Source: Vitrella brassicaformis CCMP3155 (lineage: Eukaryota; Protista; Chromerida). From it: a stretch of 64,000 nt of DNA. The stretch spans positions 1 through 64,000 of the forward strand of contig CDMY01000239.1 of assembly GCA_001179505.1 (NCBI GenBank), given 5' to 3'. Below the pieces are notes generated by a model that saw only the letters and a program-made list of their open reading frames with translations, was not told the DNA's origin and did no database searches. This document shows, in pieces, positions 23,001 through 32,207 of the stretch (position 1 is its first letter; each line of letters begins with the position of its first letter). A program made the position numbers and the translations under genes.

Positions 23001-25561
23001 TTGAAAATCTTGTGCTCGCGCACGTCAGGCTTTCACTGCTGCAGCAGCCACTTGATATGCTCTTTGAAAGACACGCGCTGGCTGCCTCTACAATGCCCCC
23101 CTCCCGGCGCACCCCGGCCGAACGGAAACAAGTCGAGAAAGCAGTCGACAAAGAAGTCGGGTTCTTGTACCCGCTGAGGAGGCCGTTGATGTGGTAGTTA
23201 GCAGGAATGAACAGGTTCCTCTTTTTTCCTGTATCAACAGATATTCCGATACCATGAGTCAACCGACCTGCCAGTTTTTTATTGTCTCTCTGTCTCTATC
23301 TGTTTTCATACCTAGCGATGTCGCCGTGAACTCATCACGCTGTGCCGTTCCTGAGGCTGGCGGCGGCTCGTGAAACACTGACAGTGCTCAGCGCGTCGTC
23401 CATTGAGCAGCGATCACCGTCTTCTTCCCACTCTTGACGTCCCCCAAACCGTGTGAAGTGCTGCATAGCGTGGCGAGCCCGCTCCGATACCGGCAGATCG
23501 TCGCCCTTTTTGAAGATCATCGCAGAGGTCGTCACACAGACCTCCTTGCGATCGTCCATCGACACACCGTACATGTCTCTGTGTCGCCGATCGATGGTGT
23601 CGTCCTGCTCGAGGTTCTCTTCGAAGAGGTCCGACTCCTCCGCAAACTCCAACCACAGCCTGGGCACCTCTGCATATGAGGCGGCATCCCCACTAGATAC
23701 CCGCGGCTCTGGCAGCTTGATCACGCACTTGGGGTCGACCCACACCTCGTCCTCAGCATACCGATAGCAATTCCTCTGCAGAAACTCCATCAACAGCGTT
23801 ATCTTGCTCCCGTCAACACCCAGCATCTGCCGGGCGTGTTTTTTAATGAATTTAAAGTCCGCTTTCTCGTTCTGGCATATGTAGACAATACGTATGTAGC
23901 GACTCATCTGATCAACGTCGCGAGGCAGGATTGCCTGGATCTCATAGTGCAGCCGGTCGACGTCTTGCGGGACGACAAACACAGTCCCAAACACAGCCAA
24001 CTGGCGGTCTGCATCCGAGACGACGCCACTACCGTCCCCCGCAGGGTACAGCTTGTAGATGCAGTGAAAGGGGATAGCCTTCGACACCAGCAGCAGCTCA
24101 CCCTCGGTCCGCTCGCTCACGATCTTGACCTTTTTGCAGTCCATCGGGCCGCGCCACAGACCGTTAGCCAAACTGAGCCGAGGGCATGTCTTCACTCTCG
24201 GCCGCGTCAAGTGGCACATGCATTCGATGCAGATGGTGACCGTCTTGTCTTCCCATCGGATGGCGGCCACTTGCAGTGGCGCCCCGTCAAACTTGGCCAT
24301 TACCGGGTGATCGGGATACCACTCGGAGTAGCTGAGCGCCCTCACACATAGCGCGTCTCGGGGATTCGCCGGATCAGGGCGGTCCTCGTCGCGGAACTGC
24401 AGGAGGTGCGTAAAGTTGGCGAGCGCTTGCAGGTCGATGCGCCTGACTTTGTCGGAAGAAATCTCGTTCAGCGTATCCAGTATGAACTGGGCTCGGTCAC
24501 GACGTTCCTTCTCACGCTGAGCAGCCATAGTGTCTTCCAGCCTGAGACGCTTATATCGCTGCCACTGCTGCTCAGCCTCGTCTATGCACCGGCGCAAATC
24601 CGATTCGCCCAAGCATTTGCCCCCTTCACTGAAGGTGCAGCGGAAGGCGCGACTGCACACCACACACGGGTGCTTGACGTGACGGTAGTGGGCGGTGACT
24701 TCAGCGTACTGGTTGACACATCTACACAGCACCACACAGAGAGCGACACAACCTGTTTCCCACCATGCCAGCAGTTCCTCATTCATTGAACACTCACATG
24801 CAGCCGTTGTCATGGGCGTACACCCATGGTGGGAACTGAGCATGTTCCTCGCTCTCTCCGGCCTGCACAGTGTCGCGACTTCCCGTGGAGGGCTCAGAGG
24901 GGGAGACTCTAAGCGTAGTGGCTCCCCACACCTCACCACCTTACACCCCCTTCCCGACGTCCGGTTCCAGCCCTGCATCCCAGATTGCGCCCTTGTCCCA
25001 CAGAAAAGACCCCCACGGGAAGCGGTCGATGAACTCTTGACGCACTCTGTTGTTCTCCTTCATCTGCGCCAGGCGTTTGATGACGCCCTCCTGACACTCC
25101 CGCTTTCTGGCCTCTGTCGCGGTCTCCTGCTGCTTCTCCCACCCCTTCTTTGCTGCCCGAGACTGCCGCTCCCGCAGCTCCTCTCGAGTGAACCCCCTCT
25201 CTTGAGCGTCGCTCCGCCGGGTCTCCCACCCTGCCTTGGCGGCGGCAGAGTGGTGGATCCGCTGCTCTCGCTGCTCCGCTTCAGTGAGAGTCACGTGTTG
25301 CGCGTTGTTCCGCCGGGTCTCCCATACTGCCTTGGCAGCGGCGGAGCGGCGAGCCCGCAGCTCATCCTCAGTGACTCCCGCCCGTTGCGCGTTTTCTCGC
25401 CGAGTCTTCCAGCCACGCCGTCCCTCCTCGCTGATTGCCGGCTGTCCTATCTGCTGGCGCCGACGCTCATGTGCGGCCGCATTCGAAGCCAAGCGAGTCG
25501 CACTCTTCCTTCGCTTCCTGGCCCCGTCGACAGGCAGGCTGACCGACCGCTCAGTTTGCAT
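17020..25561 (-). pseudogene. Helitron Rep-helicase (RepHel) pseudogene with spliceosomal introns, at least 9 in-frame stops and at least 5 frameshifts
   Basis: N-terminal CIEC..PRLSLANGLWRG..VVPQD (DUF6570-like, ~24235-23960); LFPFGRG (~23130); VPGS..FGVPVLFSTQN; HUH motif ESQGRGILHFHHL (~22321-22360); HY|LTNYSSK two-Tyr motif (21087-21003); DYLFR, HPLH and LLLKPF; helicase GGPGCGKS (18761-18784), MTG|VAASTISGSTLHSAL, LLVDEYSM, PFGNMSILLSGDVKQFGPI, RRTQLPI and VAFSRV..GLGIL. Confidence 0.9.
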
Positions 25562-25822
25562 AGCTCTGTCGCTTAAAAGATACCTGCAATCAAATGCTCT
25601 CAAATTACGCGAAAATGAAAGAGATCCGGAAACCCCAGGAGAGCTCGCGGTGTTAGGGCATAATTCGTGAAACACTGATTTGGATTTAGGGCCAGTAATG
25701 AATCCTTTCGCGTCATGAACTAGCGGCTTTGAATGAGATTTGAATGAGAAAGAGAACAGTGGTGGATCCTCTCATTTCTGCATGATGACATACACATCAA
25801 TATATGTGAGCACCTCTATCCT

Positions 25823-26520
25823 GTGAAAGCCACAGTGACAACGGTGAATTATGCAGAGACGCAGGATTGTTTGTCAGGGCATCGCGTATCAGTTGACTGT
25901 ACGTTCACATCGAAGCACACACATAATAAGGACACGCTGTTTAATATCATGACGGTCACACGAGGCCCTGTATGGACTGCAGTTGCCTATGAAAGCCATA
26001 GTGACAACGGCGAATTACACAGAGACGCAGGATTGTTTGTCAGGGCATCGCGTACCAGTTGACTGTACGTTCACATCGAAGCACACACATAATAAAGACA
26101 CGCTGTTTAATATTATGACGGTCACACGAGGCCCTGTATGGACTGCAGTTGCCTATGAAAGCCATAGTGACAACGGCGTATTACGCAGAGACGCAGGATT
26201 GTTTGTCAGGGCATCGCGTACTAGTCGACTGTACGTTCACATCGAAGAATACACATAATAAGGACACGCTGTTTAATATTATGACCGTCACACGAGGCCC
26301 TGTATGGACTGCAGTTGCCTATGAAAGCCGTAGTGATAACGGCGAATTACGCAGAGACGCAGGATTCTTTGTCAGGGCAACGCGAACCAGTCGATTGTAT
26401 CTTCACACCAGCACCTTGGAAAATTAGGACAGGCTGTTGACTACCACTACCGTCACACGAGGCCGCCGCATGGGCCGTGCGTGGCTTGTAAAAGCTATAG
26501 TGACAACCGTAAATAATCAC
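25823..26520. repeat. 166-bp tandem array (~4 copies plus a degenerate partial copy) upstream of the RepHel start
   Basis: tgaaagcc.(c/t)agtga.aacgg starts at 25824, 25990, 26156 and 26322, with a degenerate copy at ~26488. Confidence 0.95.
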
Positions 26521-26710
26521 GAATGGGGCCGGTAGCAAATCGTTTTGCGAGGCGAACTCGCTTTGAGGCCTTGAAATGAGAGAAAGAACAGTGCTGAACC
26601 TTTAATATATGCATGATAATATATACTCATCAACAGTTGTCGGCACCAAAAGTAGTTCCCACCTAACCACCATGCATTGCATGCATTGCTAAGGCGACCA
26701 GCCCCGTAGC

Positions 26711-26756
26711 CAGCTGCCAGGCTTATAACCTGGGAATAGCCTGGGCTGGCAGCTGC
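26711..26756. other. GC-rich hairpin at the putative 5' (right-hand) end of the Helitron
   Basis: cagctgccag(gct)..(agcctggg)ctggcagctg; the outer 10-bp arms are exact reverse complements. Confidence 0.55.
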
Positions 26757-26912
26757 ACTGTCTCTCGCTCTGTTATCGAGTCACCTAGTGTAAAAAAAAA
26801 ACTGAGCCTCTGTCGCTTTCTGCTCGAGACACACATACATGAACACGCACCGTCCGCCACTCACCAATCTAGACACGCACTCTTCCACGGCACTAGAAAA
26901 CAGAGTGTCTCG
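26757..26912. repeat. Right-flank copy of the degenerate repeat family at 16380-16760, in direct orientation
   Basis: aactgagcctctgtcgctttctgctcgagac (26799) resembles aactgagcctttgtcactctttgctcgagtc (16596); tctctcgctctgttatcgagtcac resembles tctctcgctctcttctcgagtcac; there is a 19-bp exact match at 26892/16521. Confidence 0.75.
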
Positions 26913-28564
26913 GTTGGGCAGCGGTGCGCGTGTGTATGTCTGTGTGTGTAGAATTCAATCATGGACCACCTCTCTTAGCTGAGAGGAGCTGCTGAGAGAG
27001 TTGGGGAGAGTGATGTGTCGACACAGACTTGGGGTGCGTGTTCTGTGTGGTTCATTCAGTGTCCAGAGACATCTCGTGAGTAACTCATTCATAATCGATA
27101 ACGCGAAGCACTCACGTTCACCCAAGTCACTCTCGCGTCGACCACACACTCAGACACCGTCTCCGTCCTTTCACACAGCAGCAAACCAGCCGCTCGGGTA
27201 AGTCCTCCTTTCTTGTGTGGCCTTTCTTTCCCTCTGCCCAATAATGAGAAAACAGAAAGCAACGAAAACGACCAAGGAGCGAGCAGCCGCCAAATGATTC
27301 CATCCAGCAGAGTGCGTGGGTCTCTGACAGCCTGAAGGTGAGGTTGCAGTTAGTGCCCATCCACAAGTGCTGTCGAACATACTAAACACGAAACACACAC
27401 CCACTTTGGCCGGGCTGGCGGTCAAAGAGTACAGCAGCCAGCACGTACGGGTACCTCGTGTGGTATCGGCTGTGTCCGCAAATCTGCCTGCCTGCCTGCC
27501 TGCCTGCCAGTCACCGACCACACGAGACACAGATCAGGTAGAAGGTACACACCATGGGCAGGCACACGTACGTATGCAGTAGAAGGAAGTCTGTTACAAA
27601 TAGCAGTCATGGTGTAAGTCCGCATGGAAACAAACCTGCACACACATGGAAACAACCAGCGCCCTGCCCTTACGCACCCGTCGATCTACCGTTCTTATCC
27701 AGGCATTATTCCACGCTTGGAACCGTGGAACGTTACTCAAGCAGACGGCCCTACCTCAATCAAACCGACCAGCGACGAAAAACAGCGGCGGAAAGAGCAG
27801 TGCTCCTGCACAGTGTCGGAGTAGGAGAGAGGGGTCGACTCCAGATCAGAAGAGACAGTGTGTGCTCATGTGTGTGCCTGAGTGAGTGGGTGGGTAACTG
27901 GGTGCCCACCGTGTCGCGGGCCGCTCAGCCAAACCGCCGGATGACAGAAGGAAGCCAAGCCTGTAGATGAACAATAAAAGGTGGACCAACAATGTGAAGC
28001 TAGTCAGTTAGTCAGTCAGTCAGTCAGTCCCCGCGGATGCACCGGGTCGCCCTTCCTTTGTGTGTTCGTGGTGCGCAATAATGTGTGTCTTGGCGGTCGG
28101 GTGAGGTGTGGTGTGGTGTGGAGCGGGCCGCATCCAAAACCGCCAAAGCAGGAGAGAGAGGGGCAGTGAGTGAGTCTGTGGATGCCTGCAGTAAGTAAGG
28201 TAAGCCCATACATCCATATACAGCACATGGTGAGTGGAGTGAGTAAGTCGAATGAATCAAACGTGGACCAAAAATACAATAAATACGCAGTCAGTCAGTA
28301 GTAGCAAGTCGACATGGATGCACACACACATCTCACGCACTGCACCCACCCGCACTCACCCAGGCCCCTGACCGACACCATCCATCCATCCACCCACCCT
28401 CCACCAACCGACCTCCCGCCCCCGACAAGCACCACCACCACCACCACCACCACCACCAACCGATTGTTTCGGTCAACGAGAACACCGCCGACGCACATAA
28501 GAAGTAGACAGACGGGGAGTTGACAGCGACACACCACACCCACGCACACGAACGAAAAGGGAGT

Positions 28565-28685
28565 GTCCGCACCATACGGAAGGACGAAAAGAAAAGGAGA
28601 AAGCAGCGTCCGCACCATACGGAAGGACGAAAAGAAAAGGAGAAAACAGCATAGTCACCACCATACGGAGGGACAAAAAGAATAG
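28565..28685. repeat. Minisatellite, 43-46 bp unit x3
   Basis: caccatacgga(a/g)ggac(g/a)aaaagaa at 28570, 28613 and 28659. Confidence 0.85.
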
Positions 28686-29057
28686 GCCGAGTAGGGCTGA
28701 TGACTCAAAAGCAATACAATACACTAATTCAGTACCGTACATCCATACCATAGACAAAAACAAAAAACAGCCCTCCTCTCCCGTCTGTCTAAGTATGGGT
28801 GCGTGGGGCCTCCTCTCGTGTGGTGGCGGTGGGTGGTGGGTGGGGTACTGCTCGTCGCCCACGCCTCGTCGGCCGGAGAGGGCATGGACGGGGCTGCACG
28901 GGACGACGTGTCACTCGGGGGTATTGGTGGGGGCCGGTGCGAACCCAGGCATGCCCGCTGCAGAGGCTGCTGGTGGTGCGGGTGGTGCGAATGCGGGTGC
29001 AGCCGCTCCCTGTGGTGCTGGCGGGGTCGGTGAAGGGAAGAGCATGGCCGGCGGTCC

Positions 29058-31825
29058 TTAGCCCCCTCCCCTGAGCGACGAAGCCCTCGGCAGCGGGGCG
29101 CTCGCCTCCGATGACTGTTGCTGTTGTGCGGGTGGCAGTTGGATGATGCTGGCCTCCCTGGGCACCTCACGCGGCGACACCGAGGGGCAGCTCGACCGGC
29201 CTGACACACACGAGAGAAACAAGCGGCAGAGAGACGGTTCATGGGATGGCGGTCTGGATGAGTGTGCGTGTCTGTGTCTGACTTACTCAAAGTTTTCTTG
29301 CTGTGGGTCCAGTGTGGGATGGGTAGTTGTTTGGGGAGCTCCTCTCGGGGCTGCTCCACCTGCACCTGAGCCGACAGGGGCTGCTCCTCCATGCCGGAGG
29401 ATGGCGGGGCCGGCGCGACAGCTCCCTCAGCCACCTCCTTGCCCTCCTGGATGAGGATTTGCTCCTGCTGCTGCGCCGCCTTCTCCTGCTTCTTGTGTGT
29501 GAGTGTGCGGAGGAACTTCTGGTCTGCGGCCTGCACAGCGCGGTACTTGTCGCCCTGCTTGAGGAGGGAGTAGAGGGCGACCTTGAGGGAGGCGATGGTG
29601 TCAGAGCGGGGCCGTATCTTGTGGAGGATCTTGGGGCTCCGGTGGCCCCGCACCAACACGTCCTGCTTCAGCTGGTCCTCCTGCCACACCACACCCAGCT
29701 GGTTCTCGCGAGAGAGGTGGTGGGAGGAGGTGACGGTGACGTCGAACCGACGCCGGGGGGACCCATCGTCGTCCTCCTCGCGGGCGCACTTGCTCAGCAA
29801 CAGCGGGTCCAACATGCGCACCGCACCTCCCTGATCGACACGAAAGACAAAGGAGGGAGAAGCTTGTTTGTGTGCTGTGTTCGTTTCCCCATCGCTGTGT
29901 GGTGTGCGTACCGTCCTGGCTCTCGTCGGCGCTTTCGTCGCCTCGTTGGCGGCGTCCTTATTGCTACCCTGCCCCACACAAACGCTGCATACACAGACAC
30001 AGACCGGCACCCATCAGATCAGCTCGTCATTGTCCCGTCTCGCCCTCCCTCCCTCCCACGTGTGCCTTACGTGTCCGTCTGGTTGAATTCTCGTCATCGC
30101 TATAATCCTTGATCTCGATGCGCATGTCCCCTGCACCCCCTCGCTGCCCGCGCGCGCCCCTTTGTCCCTTCCACGCATCGCTACGGCACGCCCTTAACGC
30201 CAGAGGCTCAGAGGGATGGTACTCGGCCGGCAGAGAGACAGATGGGGGCTTGGCGTCCTTCAACCAAGACGAAGACGCCGCCGCTGCGGCAGCGGCCTGC
30301 TCACATGAGCCTGAGGAAGGAAATGACACAAAATCGGGATGCGAATACATTCACTTATCATGTGTGTCTCCTTGTCGCCTCTCTCACCGGCAGCAGCAGC
30401 AGCAGGAGCGTCTTTGTCCTCCTTGCGCGGCTTGTCCCCTCCCCGTTCCTTGGCGCTGCCAGCACTCCTGGTCTTCTTGGACGCACGGCCGTCCAACCCG
30501 CTGCACGACGGGACCCCGCCCTCCCCACTTGGCTCGACGCCCTCAGCCTGTGGTTTGGGGGGTGCGGTGGGCGGTGACTGGGAGAGTGACGGCTCGTGTG
30601 GTTGTTTGGCGGCCTCATTCTTCTTCCCGCCCTTCTTTCCCTTGCCCTCAGGGATGAAGCGCTGCAATGGTCGTCGGCGTCGAAGTCGGGGCTCCATGTG
30701 GGGATGGGATGATGGGCCAGCTGTTGTCGTCGCCCTTGGAGAAGAACCAGTGGTCGGTCTTCTCACAGTACGACCACCTGCAGCACCCACACCACACAAC
30801 ACACACCACGAGACGAGAGCCAGCATTCACCCATGTGTGTGTCGGCTGTGCAGTGCATATCCCATCAGGACTGTCTCTGCTGCCCACCTGAGCTGCTCTC
30901 CCTCCTTGATGGTTTTGACGGGCGTGATGGCACAGCAGTAGTCCCCATGCACGCTACCCGCCACCTCGACCGGCAATACAGGTGTCTGGGCACCCACACC
31001 CTCGCGCAGTTGGCCCTGGGCACCCACTCGGGCGCGGCGCACTGGTGTCGATGGTGTCGTGGTTGATGGACACTGCAGGCAGCCAGATGCGAGCAGATGC
31101 TGTCGCCGAATAGCACCGGTTTGGCCTCCGCCCTCGCCCCGGCGGCTTTGTCCTGCCTGTTCTGCTCCTCCTGGCCGAATGTGGGCTTGTGTGACGGCTT
31201 GCTGGAGCCGTCGCGGTGTCCGGACCCGTTCGACACGAGGCTGAGGTGTCCAGGCCAGTCGACGTTGGCGATCTCGGCGCTGCATGGGATGGACATGCTG
31301 AAGCACTTGTCCCGCTCGGCCTCGAGGTCCGACTCGAGCTGGATCTTGCCCCCATAGGGCAGCAGGAGGCCCTGGAGCATCCTGCTGCGGATGTCCTCGG
31401 TGTACTGGGCCGACCTGCTGTTGGGGACGGACGGGCCAGCCCAGGAGTCCCGCCGCGCGACGATCTTCTTCTCCTTGCTTGGACGGTGTGAGGGGGGGGA
31501 GGGCCGGGTGCCCGGCTCCAGCTGCCAGATGTGGCCGTGCAGTGCATGCGCTGGTAGTTCCAGCTGAAGATCTGCTCGTCGGTCTCGAGACGCACGGCGC
31601 GGTAGGACGGCAGCAGAAGCGGTCCAGCAGGAAGAAGAGGGACAGGTAGGCCTCCGCCTGGGTGCGCAGCAAAATGGTCGACTTGAACAGGACATGGTCC
31701 TCATCCAAACCTATGCAAGAGCCACACACCGAAGGGAAAGGTGCATGTGATGTGTGAGCTGAGGTTTCTCTCCCTGTGCGTGTGTGTGGGTGTGGGTGTT
31801 TGCTTTGCTTACCGACGAATATCAT
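29058..31825 (-). CDS. Hypothetical multi-exon protein with a Cys/His-rich segment and low-complexity linkers
   Basis: ATG at 31825 (MIFVG|LDEDHVLFKST..). GT-AG introns join the ORF segments at 30865..31704, 30260..30826, 30027..30350 and 28724..30010 in compatible phases. TAA at 29058-29060. No family recognised. Confidence 0.55.
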
Positions 31826-32207
31826 CGTCGACCTCTACGTTGACCTGGTTCTCCCGCCTCTTCCTCAGCTGGACACACACGCGGCCCCGGCACTGAAAGT
31901 CAGCTGCCTCCACATACGACGCCCTCCCACCCCACCCTCAGGCACCCACAACCCGCCCAACAACTCAGTCCAAGTAGCAAGCATGACACTAACGACACAA
32001 ATGGGAGACTTCATGGCAGTAAATCACAGTCAAGGCACCCACTCTTGCAGCCATACCAGTAGGAGTAGTGGGACAAATGTATGCAATGCAATTCAAGAGC
32101 TGTGAGAGCAACGTGGTGTGAGCGCTGACGCCACCGTGCTAAAGCAGAAATCCCAGGCTAGACATTCACACAACACGCACGCACCCCCCACCCTCCCCCG
32201 CCGCCCC

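Larger units (their letters stand above)
16761..26756 (-). mobile_element. Helitron (rolling-circle DNA transposon), probably Helitron2/Helentron-type, decayed; ends approximate
   Basis: Contains an HUH Rep and a PIF1-like SF1B helicase on the minus strand, a 166-bp subterminal array, and a GC-rich hairpin at its right end. It sits between two copies of the same flanking repeat family. Confidence 0.85.

Noticed and set aside
17319-23035. Stop-codon reassignment or programmed readthrough keeping the Helitron ORF intact
   Set aside because: All three stop types occur together with at least 5 frameshifts, and neighbouring host genes use TAA, TAG and TGA as normal stops. Decay is the simpler explanation.
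25823-26427. Three similar + strand ORFs (MKA.VTT.NY.ETQDCLSGHRV..) as a repeated small protein
   Set aside because: They are translations of the 166-bp array, whose period is not a multiple of 3, so each copy shifts frame. There is no coding signal.
16975-26690. TGCATGCA-type motifs as ApiAP2 sites
   Set aside because: GCATGC/TGCA strings are frequent in introns and intergenic DNA across the window, with no positional pattern.
16521-26789. Canonical Helitron1 termini (5' TC, 3' CTRR)
   Set aside because: CTAG occurs at 16522, 16757, 26785 and 26893, but none has a convincing 16-20 bp hairpin about 11 nt inside the correct (left) end with an A|T target, so the ends were left approximate.
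28565-28685. 43-46 bp repeats as a CRISPR array
   Set aside because: The units are head-to-tail with no unique spacers, there are no cas genes, and the context is eukaryotic; it is a minisatellite.
28910-29057. Pro/Ala-rich in-frame continuation after the TAA at 29058 (possible readthrough)
   Set aside because: GC-rich 3' sequence easily gives such frames, and there is no independent evidence. It may reflect an alternative splice that I cannot resolve.
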